Source: Eledone cirrhosa
Taxonomy: Eukaryota
NCBI GenBank assembly: GCA_964016885.1
Contig: OZ024741.1
Span: 126,914,001-126,978,000 of the forward strand
DNA: 64,000 nt
Direction: 5' to 3'
The notes under the pieces are model-generated. The model had not been told where the DNA came from, did not search any database, and saw only the letters and a program-made list of their open reading frames with translations. Positions 52,439 to 64,000 of the stretch are shown piece by piece; positions within the stretch are counted from its first letter, which is position 1, and every line of letters begins with the position of its first letter. Both the position numbers and the translations under genes were made by a program.

Positions 52439-54348
52439 TTAATGTTTGTGTATTGTTTCTGTGCTATTTAGTCTTATGTTAGTTGGCGTTTTGATTGGTG
52501 CTGGTATTATGTAGTCCTGTTGTGAAATGTCTGTGTGTTCAATTATGTAAGTCATTAGTTTCTTGTTGTGTGTGTTTATTGCCGTGCATTTGTTTTTCTG
52601 GGGGTGGGGTGTGGTTCTGCTATTTTCTTGTCGTTGTTGCTGGGTGTGTGTGTTTTGTTGTTGTGTTTGCGATGTTGGTGCTTGTGGTGGTGGTGTTGAA
52701 GGTGTTGTTGGCGGTGGGGTTGTCGCCGGTGGTGATGGTGGTGCTGGTGTGGGTGGTGATGGTGTTGGTGGTGTTGCTGCTGTGGGTCTCTTTGCAGTAG
52801 ACTTTACCCTTTTCTCATTTCTTTCCTCCCTTTTCAAAGGCGACGATGCGCTGCTTCTGCGTTTGTGCCTTCTTACGACCTTTTGCCATCTCTCTCCCAC
52901 CTCACACTCCATGTCTGATTCTGTAAGGTCGGGGAGGGGTACCAGCTCCACTCTTTCACTTGTTGTTGTTGGTGATGTTTGCACTGGAGTCTCTGTTGCA
53001 GCTGCATTTGGTATTGCTGTTGTTGTTGTTAATATTTCCACTGCTGCTGCTGCTGTCTTTGATTTCCGTGGAGTGGGTATGGGTGCCACGGACCTATCGT
53101 TCCTAGTTGCCGCTTGTCCTGTTGCTGGTAGCCGTGGAGCCGGATTCGGAAGGAGGGGGGTTTTCTCCTTTCTCAGGGTCTTCTCGTTGCAGAAGGCCCT
53201 GAGGTGAGTCTTCGATCCACAGCGAAAGCATTTCGGGCGTTTGCTCTCAACACTTATGGGCAGTTGAGTGCCGTTATCGAAGTCTATCACATCCGGGATA
53301 GCTTCGATGCACTCCTGGTTGGTTTGGATTAGCATCTCAATGGAGGAGCCGACCCAATCTTCTCTTACTTTTTTCTGTACTTGCAGTACAGTTGTTTTGT
53401 CCTCGATTCCGACGAGGACAGACGCGGCCAGCCAAGAAGGGGTCATTCCGGGGGGGGACGTGGGTCAGTTTGACCCTCACAATTTTTTGCCCGCAGTAGG
53501 AGGGCACCAACACCATTTCCTCGCTCCTTAGGGTCACTACTGATTGGGCCTTTGCCTCCTGGGGTGTGGCAAAAAGTACGTCTACGGTGGCGTATTTTTT
53601 TGCCTCGGGTGATGTGCGTTTTCCTCTGCCACACAGACCCCAAGGCTTTTTGTATTTGGGCCTCTGTGGCTCTTTCCACCCTACGGGATTTTGTACTTAC
53701 TGTACGGTACGTGACCGTACAGTGCTCTTGGGTTTCGAAAAAATTTTTCGCTGCCTTGCAGATTGCTCGGTGTCCGTTCTTTGTCACCATCTTCTTCGCT
53801 TCCTCTAATTCCTCATTTGTTATGAGGATTGTTTCCAAGTTTTTCGCAATACCTGCAAATGAGATTGGTTTTTCTCTGCTGTTGTTGTTGTCGTCAGAGC
53901 TGCTGGTACTTTTGTTGTTGCTGCAGGTACTACGACTACTGCCTCCGCCGCTGTTGCTGTGGTTGTTGTTGGTGTTGCTGCTGCTAATGCTGTTGTTGTT
54001 TATGCTGCTGGTGATGCTGTTGCGGCTGCTACTGTTGTTTTCATTGTCACTGTTGCTGTTGTTATTACGGCTGCTACTGCTATTATTCCTGACGTCAGAC
54101 GAATGAACTGGGTTTTCGTATTTCCCGCACACCTGTTTCGTCGCTGTCGTCGTCGTCGTGGAGAAACTTTGCACGCTTTGCACGAGACTTTTCTTTTCTT
54201 TCGTCACTTGCGAAAGAGAAGGGAGGGAGAGAGACACATTTAAAGAAGGGAGGGAGAGAGACAAACTTCTCTCTGCTGTAGTGATGATTGAGGAAGAAGA
54301 AGACGGAATGAGTGGGAGTGACGTATGAAATTTCTTTTTCGTAGCCAT
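52439..54348 (-). pseudogene. Tx1 ORF1 (gag-like), frameshifted
   Basis: ORFs 53443..54348, 53337..53537 and 52439..53446 form one product, with CFRCGSKTHLRAFC zinc knuckle and Pro/Thr-rich tail. Confidence 0.85.
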
Positions 54349-54588
54349 GTTGTTTTTTGTTTAAAATGAATATTGGGTACAAAACCCCAATAACTGGTTA
54401 TTTAGCCCCGAAGGGCCAAATAACGGACAGAAAGACCCCTCTCACGAGGAGGAGGGTGTCTTTATCAACAATTTGGTTCAAGTTTTAAACAATTTACAAT
54501 TGTTTTAACGGTTAAAAATTACTATACCTTACAGAGCCGAGCCTCCGTCAACCATGGCATTCAATAATAATAATAATAATAATAATAA

Positions 54589-55330
54589 GGGAAGAAGACG
54601 CACGAGGTGGTAGAAGGTCATGAAATCGCTCCCGTAAATTTTTGATTTTTAACATATTTAAATCAATTGTGAAATAACAATTCTTAGTACAAATGTTGCA
54701 TAAACCACCGAATCAAGTCCCATAAAATTTCGGATCCATATTATATTGTTATATCGGTCAAATATTCAATTTTGTATTATATATTTTGTATTCAAAAAAA
54801 GAAAATGGTTATAAATGGAAGAAAACACCCTCTGTCTACACTATATAGAACAGCCAAATAACAGCAATTTCACCAACACCAGAAACTTGATACACCACCT
54901 ACCCCATCACACTAAATATAACAGCCAGTTAACGGCAATTTCACCACCACCACCACCAATCCCAGCATCATAATAATAATTACTATTATTATTGTCTCAA
55001 GTTTTAACAAAATGTTTAATTCCAATTTTACGGGAATATGTCAACACAATATATATTAAACATACGAACACAAACTCATAGATACTACATATCACAAAAC
55101 TCAGTAACGACAACGCCACCACTCCATCCATCATTGCTACCACTATCCCATCACCGCCGCCACCACTCCTTCATTGCTACCACCACTATTTCCCTGTTAA
55201 CTTGAGAGAGAAAGGGGAAGGTGGCGGTATCACTAGACTAGGGAGAGGTTAGCAAAAGATATGAATAGATTGACTTAGTGACCTGGCCACTGGCCAAACG
55301 TCAACATCAACAACTATGGGACTGCTGGCT
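54589..55330 (+). mobile_element. Repeated segment resembling the 5' end of a related Tx1-like element
   Basis: Homologous to 43818-44345 (aatcgctcccgtaa..ttttgattttt; aaaaaaagaaaatgg; caaaagatat.aataga.tga.tt.gtgacc). Confidence 0.45.
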
Positions 55331-55545
55331 CACCCCTTCCTCACCAACAATATAAAAAGCCCCAGCACCACCACCGACATAGCCAACAACAATAACAGGC
55401 AACTTCAGCAAAAAGTATATTATATTATTGTAATGCACTGGGTGATTGCTGGCCTTGTGCCTGGAGTGGAGATAATTATTAATAATTTCATTCTTAAGCC
55501 ACGCAATGCTCACATTATGGAACCACTCATGATAATAACAATTTA

Positions 55546-58500
55546 AAAAAACAACAAAAAGAAAACCCCGTGACCAAGAAATACCGGGATGGCGGCCGGC
55601 GGGGAATAGCCGCGTCTCTAGGGGAGAACGACCCCTCTAGTCTTGGTTGACACTCGTTCTATAAGTGGTAACACGAAATGATTACCCCTTGGCGGATAAG
55701 GATAAAACGCGACAAAATAAAGTAAATGTCTAATGATAAAATCTCATACCGGATCGGCCGTCACCCAGGTAAAAAAGGGCCGCGTCCCTCAGAGAGGAAC
55801 CAGACTGGGGTCGAAAAATCAGCTAATGGTTCAAACCTTCCCATCACTTCGGAGCTGGAGACCTCCCATAACGGGAATACTCCTACTGTTGGCCCTCCAT
55901 GCTCACCACCAAGAAATCCAAAGAAAAAGAGAGAAAAATGGTCAAGGGAAGATAATAAAGAAGTCCTTGAGGCTTTCTACACTGCCATGTACTACCCGTC
56001 AAATACATCGAATACAGAACAGACATATATCAACTGGAAAAAGAAACATCCCGAAAACAGAGGCTATATTGACAGTAACAAACTAGCCAATATACGAAGA
56101 AATATTGTAAGAAAAAAGTTACTAACTGATATAGAAATTGATCAGATCAAGCTATTAGCACAAAGTCAGCGAAGGGAAAATGAAACATGTGTCAGTGAAA
56201 ACGAGGTAAATTGTAACACTTCGAATCTCAGGGTTGGGGCGGAATCACTGGCAACAGAACAAATTAAAGAAAGGATCGAAAAAGTGGAGGGAGTGCATGC
56301 TCAAGATGAAACTCTAGATGAAAATAATGAGATCGTAAAGGATAAAGAAATGAATGAGAATGAACTTGCCAACTTGAAGGATGAAATTATAATCGAATGG
56401 ATGAAAATAAAAGAATCTGACATGGGGCAACGAGACACCCTCCCTAAGATCCAGAACTCCAAACAGAACCAAAAGATAATACACAAGACTAACATAATTC
56501 TCAAAAACATTATCATCACAAACAAACTAAACATTACTGATTTAAATCATCTCTATTATGCATCGGCTAAAGTGACCACTCACTTATGTGGAGTGAAGAT
56601 GAAAAAACAAAGGAATTCCCACAAGAAATCTACTTGGCAAGAGAACATCAATCGCCAAATAAACCTTCTCCGATCTGACATAGAAATTTTAACAAACTAT
56701 AAAGTAGGTGAACATGTTAAACAAACTAAACTTAGAAAATTGAAAAAAAAGTACAGTATAAAATCAACATGTGACATAGACATGCTGATAGAAATAATCA
56801 AGCAAAAAGTGTCGGCCAAAGCTGCTCAGATAAAGCGCTTTGAAAAACGATCTAGATTCTATAAGGACAATAATATGTTCAAAAACAACCAAAGAAACTT
56901 CTACAGAAAAATTGGTAAGTCAACAATAACTGCTAAATCAATACCACCCAAGGAGGAAGTGCAAGAATTCTGGGAAAAGATCTGGGCCGAAGAAAAAGTT
57001 CATAACATACATGCCCCATGGATAGACAGACAAATGAAAGATACAGCTCACCTTGAGGAACAAATATTGGAAAATATAACAGTTGAACAGTTGCGCTTGG
57101 CTCTAAGAAAAACCAGCAAATGGAAATCCCCAGGAAAAGACAAAATACAAAACTTTTGGATAAATGCCTTCACAGAGTCTCATGAGCTGTTAGCCCAACT
57201 TTACAATGAAATAGTTAAGGAGCCAGAAAAGATACCATCATGGCTAGTTAACGGCATTACATTCCTGCTTCTGAAGAATGATGAGACACACAATCCCAAA
57301 AATTACAGACCGATAACTTGCTTGATCACAATGTATAAAATTTTAACATCAGTCCTAACTGAATACACATATGACCACCTGATAACAAATGACCTATTTC
57401 CCATTGAGCAGAAAGGGTGTAAACGAGGTTCATATGGCTGTAGGGATCAGCTTTTGGTTAACAAAATGATACTGGAAGATTGTCATAATAGACACAAAAA
57501 TCTATCGATTGCTTGGATAGATTATAAAAAAGCATTCGATAGTTTGCCACACAGTTGGATTGAAAAATGTTTAGAGATTTTCAAAATATCTCCCGTTGTC
57601 AGGAGCTTTTTGTCGTTCAGTATGAAGACATGGAGAACGACACTCCTTTTGAATAGTGAAAAGGAATCACTGGAAGCTGGAGAAGTTAATATTAATTGTG
57701 GAATTTTTCAGGGTGACTCTTTATCACCGCTTTTATTCTGCATCGCACTTATACCATTAAGTAAAATGCTCAATGAAACAAAACATGGATATAAAGTCTA
57801 TGACAAAACCATTAATCACTTGTTCTACATGGATGACCTGAAACTATTTGCAAAAAATGATGAACAATTGCAAGGTCTATTATCCACTGTGGAGCAGTTC
57901 AGTGATGACATTAAAATGGAGTTTGGACTAGATAAATGCGCCAAAGCAACGTTCACCAGAGGAAAGCTGCTGAAGAGTTCAGACATTAATCTTGATCGGG
58001 GGAACGTGATAAGAGAACTTGATCAAGAAAAAACTTACAAATATCTAGGTTTTGTGAAGGAGACGGAATCAAGCAATCGACAATGAGGGAAAGGATAAGG
58101 AATGAATATTACCGCAGAGTAAGAGCAATCTTAAGAACGGAATTGAATGCAAGGAATAGGATCGATGCCATAAACACGCTTGCCATACCAGTAGTAACCT
58201 ACAGTTACAATGTCATCAACTGGTCATGCACAGAGATCCGTAGGCTCGATACAAAAATTCGAAAATTCTTAACCATGCACAGAATGCATCACCCGAAGGC
58301 AGATATAGATAGAATATATCTCCCTAGGAAAGAAGGAGGACGTGGGTTAATCCAGTTAGACATTGCGTTGAAAACTGCAACAATTGGATTATCTACGTAT
58401 CTAAGGGAATCACATGATTGGATGATCAAACTCGTTTTGAAACACGAAAGCATCAAAAGATCATATTCCATTACAAAAGATGCACAAAGATACAGTAATG

Positions 58501-59518
58501 GACTACAAATTTCAGAAGTCCCATTTACTGCTGAAATGGAAAACACAGAAAAAGCAAAGCAGATAAAAGTAACTGCAAAGAAAGAACTGCTACAGAAACT
58601 GGCTAAGAAATGGCAAGAAAAGCCTCTGTATGGAAAATACCCAGAGCGAGCTAACAATCCTGATGTTGACAAAACTTTAACCCATCAGTGGTTGGCATCC
58701 TCTGGACTGAAATCGGAGACTGAAGGACTGATTATATCAGCACAAGATCAGTGTCTGCCAACAAAAAATTACCAAGCCAACATAATAAAAAATGGATGCA
58801 GCCCATTATGCCGTGTATGCAAAAAACAACCAGAGACCATTGACCATATAATTTCAATGTGCAGTCCTATAGCTCCAACCGAATACCTAAACAGGCATGA
58901 CAGAGCTGCACAATACATACATTGGATAATGTGTAAGCATTTTGACCTGCCCCATCAAAAGAATTGGTGGGAGCATCAACCACCTCCCATACTTGAAAAA
59001 GATCACATCTCAATCTTGTGGAACTTTAGCATCCAAACAGACCGAAAAATAGATGCAAATAGACCTGATATAATATTGAAGGACTTTAAAAAGAGGGTAT
59101 GCCTGCTAATTGATATGTCTGTTCCAATAGACAAGAATGTATCTATAAAAACATTTGAAAAATTGAGCAAGTATAAGGACCTGGAGATAGAAATTGGAAA
59201 AATGTGGAAATTGAGAACTAAAACAATACCAGTGGTTGTAGGTGCTCTGGGAATGATACCTAAGGGGTCTAATGATTACTTATCGCAAATCCCAGGAAAC
59301 CCGCGTATAGGAGAAATACAAAAGATAGTACTAATGGGAACTGCCCATATACTAAGGAAGATTCTGTCAATATAAGTACATCACAAGTCTAAACACTAAA
59401 GATGCATGTGTGAGTATGTATGTTCTTTCTTGAACATGGCGGACCATGTTGTCTCTTGAGGTCACTGGTTGTGACTTGGTGATAACTCGTATGAACATAA
59501 AGCAAGATAAATGCAGCT

Positions 59519-59520
<2 letters not shown>
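55546..59520 (+). mobile_element. Near-intact full-length R4/Dong-type RLE retrotransposon
   Basis: Structured 5' UTR, single long ORF split by one frameshift near 58050, 3' end at (AAT)n 59521-59577. Confidence 0.93.
55726..59375 (+). pseudogene. R4/Dong ORF: N-terminal KWS..DN domain, RT, CCHC and restriction-like endonuclease; one frameshift
   Basis: 786 aa + 430 aa. WKSPGKD, NYRPITCL, IFQGDSLSP, FYMDDLKL, YKYLG; CRVC….ETIDHIISMC, RHD, NRPDII..LIDM, K..KYKDL. Confidence 0.92.
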
Positions 59521-59577
<57 letters not shown>

Positions 59578-62547
59578 CTGATCTTACTGAGTTAAATGAA
59601 ATCATTTATGCATCTGCATTGAAACAAGTTGTTTACCACCAAAAAGACAAAAAAAGTCGAACCTTCGAGGTAAACCAATTTGGAGGAGTAGAATCGAAAA
59701 GGAGATTGACGTAATGAGAGGAGAAATATCTTTATTGAGTGAGTTAACCGGTGGAAATGATATAAGATCCAAGAAGGTAAGAAAGATAAAGAGAAAATAT
59801 GGACTGTCTTCTAGAGAAGCAATAGTTTCAACAAAAGAATCTCTGAAACAAAAAGTCCAAGTAAAAGCCCAACGAATTCGTAGATTCGAGAAGCGAAACA
59901 ACTTCTACAGGCAAAATAAATTGTTCTCATCCAATTCCAAGTCATTTTATAGAGAAGTAGGGAAGAAAAAATAATTATTGAAGAATAATTATTGAAGTTT
60001 AAAACTTCTGGAGTAAGATTTGGAGTGATGAGAAGACATATAATGCATATGTAGATTGGATTAGGGGCCTGGAAAAATCCTACTGGCGTGGGAAGACATC
60101 TCTATAGCGGACTTAAGGACAGCACTCAATAAATCTCATGAATGGAAATATCCTGGTAGAGACAGGGTGCTAAATTTCTGGCTTTCCTCACTCCCGTGCA
60201 CTCACAATATATTGGTCAAGCTGTTTAATGGAATTATGAAAGATCCCAAAAATACACCTGATTGGATAGCAAGTGGCATTACCTACCTTCTACCAAAGAA
60301 CAACGAAACCAAAGATCCAAAAAACTATCGGCCGATAACCTGCTTGTCCACCACTTATAAACTATTAACCTCTATTCTCATGGAAAAAGCATACGTATTT
60401 TTGGAGGAGAACAATCTTTTCCCCATTGAACAAAAAGGGTGCCGACGAGGTTCATATGGTTGCAAAGATAAACTTTTGATTGATCGTATGATCCTTGAGA
60501 ACTGTCATAATAAACACAGAAATCTCAGTTCTGCATGGATCGATTATAAAAAAGCCTTTGACAGCATACCACACTCATGGATTCTGAGATCACTGGACAT
60601 CTTCAAAATCTTACCAGTGATCTCAAACTTCCTGAAACACAATGTCATTATGGAACACAAATCTCCAATTGTCTAATTCCACTGGGATGCTGTGCTCTAT
60701 GAATATAAACATCAACTGTGGTATATTCCAGAGTGACTCACTTTCACCCTTGCTTTTCTGCATAGCCTTAATACCCCTTAAATCCTAACTTAATAGAATA
60801 GGGTACGGCTATAGAATTGACAAAAAAAAATAAGCCACCTATTTTATATGGATGATTTGAAGCTATATTGCAAAGATAATGGCGAACTGGAAGGCCCTTT
60901 GCGGAGAGTAAAAACGTTTAGCGATGACATCAGGATGGAGTTTGGACTTGACAAGTGTGCAAAAGACACTTTCAAGAAGGGGAAGCTTGTCAACTCAGAC
61001 TCAGTTGAATTGGATGCTGAAACAATCATAAAGGAACTTGAGCAGGAACAAACCTATAAATACTTAGGGATTAATGAGGGCTCTGGCATACAGCATGCAA
61101 GTATGAAAGAGAGGATAAGGAAAGAATGTTACAGGAGAGCACGTGCAGTTCTGAGATCAGAACTAAACGCTCGTAACAAGGTGCTAGCCATAAATTCCTT
61201 GGTAGTCCCAGTTGTCACTTATACCTTCGGTGTGTTGAACTGGAATATGAGTGAAATCAAAAGAATCGACACCAAAGTCCGTAAGCTACTGACCTGTAAT
61301 AGAATGCACCACCCAAAAGCAGATGTGGATCGTCTTTACCTTCCTAGAATTCAAGGAGGCCGTGGCCTGATCCAATTTGAACTTGCTTACAAGTCCACCA
61401 AATACCTTGAAACAACTAACGACTGTATGCTGAAACTTCTTGAAATGCATGAGAGAAGTAAGAAGCTTCATTCTATCTTGAAGGAGCGCAAAAAATATGC
61501 TACTGATCTCATGCTTGATACCCAGGCTGGACAGACTAAAGAAACTGTTGCAACTGATGCTGCTAGGCACATAAAATCACTGGCAAAAGCAAAAGGGCAA
61601 GGACAATTAGCATCAAATTGGGAGCAGAAAACTCTGCTCTGATGTTGAACAAAAGCACACCCATCAGTGGCTACGTAGTTCAGGGCTGTAGACGGAGAGT
61701 GAAGGCTTCATCTTTGCTGCCCAAGATCAAAGCTTATTGACTCGTAATTACCAGGCCAATGTGATGAGAAACGGAATAAACCCAAAGTGCCGATTCTGCA
61801 ATGCTGGGGTTGAAACTGTGGACTACTTAGTCTCTGGATGTAAAGTTTTAGCACCAGCAGAATACAAATATAGACATGACAGAGTTGGCCAATATCTACA
61901 CTGGGTAATATGTCGGCATTACAAAATCAAAGATGAAGACAATGGTACAACCATCACCCTGAGGCTGTAACTGAAGGAGAAAAAGTAACAATTCTCTGGG
62001 ACTTTCCTGTACATACTGACAGGACCATAAAAGCAAATAGACCTGACATCATTATAAAACATCAACATAACAAGGTCTGTTTGTTGATAGATATGAGCAT
62101 CCCATGTGATCACAATATCGCGGCAAAAGAATTTGACAAGCTACGAAAATATAAAGATTTGCTTATTGAAATTGAGAAAATGTGGCACCTCAAGGCCTTA
62201 CAATACCAGTGATTGTGGGAGGACTGGGAATGATCAAGAAAGGAACAGAATAATATTTGCGAATGATTCCTGGTTTACCCTCTCTGCATGAGGTGCAAAC
62301 ATTGTTTTGACTGATACTGCACACGTATTGAGAATAGCACTATCTCTGTAAGATTGATATCCCTCCTTGTATTTACATATGCATATGCACATGTGTATAT
62401 ATGTATACTGTTTTTTTGTTTTTTTTTTATTATAATCAATGTGTTGTATTAACCGGCTTACCAATGCACACTGTGAATTTATTTGCCCTAGGTGTCATGA
62501 AGCCACTCGGCATATATCAGAAACAATAATGAAAGAAAATAAAAACA
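59578..62547 (+). mobile_element. 5'-truncated decayed R4/Dong-type retrotransposon
   Basis: ORF fragments 59714..59974, 60167..60676, 60848..61642 and 61737..61970 (CRFC..ETVDYLVSGC, RHD). (AAT)n on both sides. Confidence 0.9.
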
Positions 62548-62605
62548 ATAATAATAATAATAATAATATGAACGAGGTGTTAAATTTTCATTACATTTAT
62601 TGAGG

Positions 62606-62692
62606 TGTGACGCGCGTTTCGCGATTGATTAGGTTATGGTTCGATCAGTATCGATTGGGCCCTACTCTGGAATCAAAAGCTCATCGGACTTC
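62606..62692 (-). ncRNA. Degenerate type I hammerhead
   Basis: gt-CCGATGA-gcttttgatt…aatcaatcgc-GAAA-cgcgcg-TC-ac. Stem III ACGCGCGT is a palindrome, but stem I is weak. Confidence 0.45.
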
Positions 62693-63167
62693 TGTTATGA
62701 CAGAATGAAACTATATATATATATTAGTCTGTGATTCTTCCTCTTTTTCGTTAGAGGCAGAGTGTGAGAATGGCAAGAACTGCTAAATACCTTGTCCAGT
62801 AGTAATGGCTAACACACACTATATAGACCTATCTTATGACTTGGGCCACCTGCTGATGACATATAACAACCCGGTATTCCGTGACTTTCTGAACATTGTG
62901 GATGTAATATCTGCATTTGTGAAGTTATGTTGCACAGAAACGATACCGTCCAGGAGTTGAGATTTTTACCTTTCTCTCTACCAAAATACAGCCACCGTAT
63001 CTGCTATTAACTAAATGTGTGCACTCGGAACAGGTGATTGTTGCTGCATTATTGCAATTCAGCAAATTTATTGATTGACCTAAACGTTGGCCGGAGAACG
63101 TTGACTTTTATATCATTTATATATATATATATGTAGATACATTTGTCTAGACAATCTCTTATCCTTG

Positions 63168-63252
<85 letters not shown>

Positions 63253-63384
63253 GAAGTTCTATTTAAATTGTTGGGATACTACAACAAGCAAATATTTTTA
63301 TAACTGATATAAAGCACTCAACAAATTATTGGAGTAAAAATACGATATATTAACAAATGGAAACTATATTTATAAAACCATATT

Positions 63385-63449
63385 TATTTCATTATACATA
63401 TTTCAAGGACACCAAGTTAAATTATGGTGTGCTTTCATCAGATAAAATA
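63385..63449 (-). ncRNA. Minimal type I hammerhead ribozyme (inverted arm)
   Basis: Reverse complement of 63608-63672. Confidence 0.85.
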
Positions 63450-63607
63450 TAATATAGATCAGTTTTATAAATAAATATTGACATACCCTTAAAGAATGCG
63501 ACCATTTCTGTTGGAAGCTCCCGGATAGTATTCCGGGAGCTTCCAACAGAAATGGTTGCATTCTTTAAGGGCATGTCAATATTTATTTATAAAACTGATC
63601 TATATTA

Positions 63608-63672
63608 TATTTTATCTGATGAAAGCACACCATAATTTAACTTGGTGTCCTTGAAATATGTATAATGAAATA
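63608..63672 (+). ncRNA. Minimal type I hammerhead ribozyme
   Basis: tattttat-CTGATGA-aagcacacca taatttaact tggtgtcctt-GAAA-tatgta-TA-atgaaata. Confidence 0.85.
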
Positions 63673-63713
63673 AATATGGTTTTATAAATATAGTTTCCAT
63701 TTGTTAATATATC

Positions 63714-63881
<168 letters not shown>

Positions 63882-64000
63882 ACACGGGTGTGTATGATTG
63901 TGTATAGAAGATTATATTAATAAAAGGAATTTCAACTTTGTCTGATTTACTCGTTTTATTTACAATCCTTTAAAATTTATAATGGTATTAGAATGAAATA

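Larger units (their letters stand above)
48548..54562 (-). mobile_element. Full-length Tx1/L1-type non-LTR retrotransposon, (AAT)n-flanked
   Basis: 5' UTR, frameshifted ORF1, intact ORF2 and a ~250-nt 3' UTR. (AAT)n at 48481-48547 and 54563-54588. Confidence 0.95.

Noticed and set aside
62850-62910. CTGATGA followed by a possible hammerhead
   Set aside because: No GAAA-stem III-UH in register.

Overview
AT-rich, microsatellite-dense animal DNA made almost entirely of transposable elements. No host gene could be supported. The recurring SINE (…TACTGGTACTTTATTTTATCGACCCCGTAAGGATGAAAGGCAAAG…) resembles octopus SINEs, so a cephalopod origin is inferred but not proven. Positions 1-35 kb hold Penelope-like (PLE) RT and GIY-YIG fragments, an IR/DR Tc1 transposon, mariner, CR1-like and RTE relics, a non-autonomous Helitron, a 59-bp minisatellite, and many short non-coding elements inserted in (TA)n tracts. 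Read as RNA, many of these short elements carry hammerhead ribozyme (HHR) motifs: minimal type I HHRs with palindromic stem III, often in both arms of long fold-back palindromes, and a 700-nt tandem retrozyme-like unit. The most striking signal is a family of 525-720-nt tandem units at five loci whose HHR strands lie in reversed, non-circularly permuted order (III-UH-I ... GAAA-III ... I-CUGANGA), supported by compensatory changes between subfamilies. Positions 38-62.5 kb are a cluster of five non-LTR retrotransposons abutting (AAT)n tracts: two Tx1/L1-type (one with an intact 1139-aa ORF2) and three R4/Dong-type. All RNA structures were read by eye, and catalytic activity is untested.
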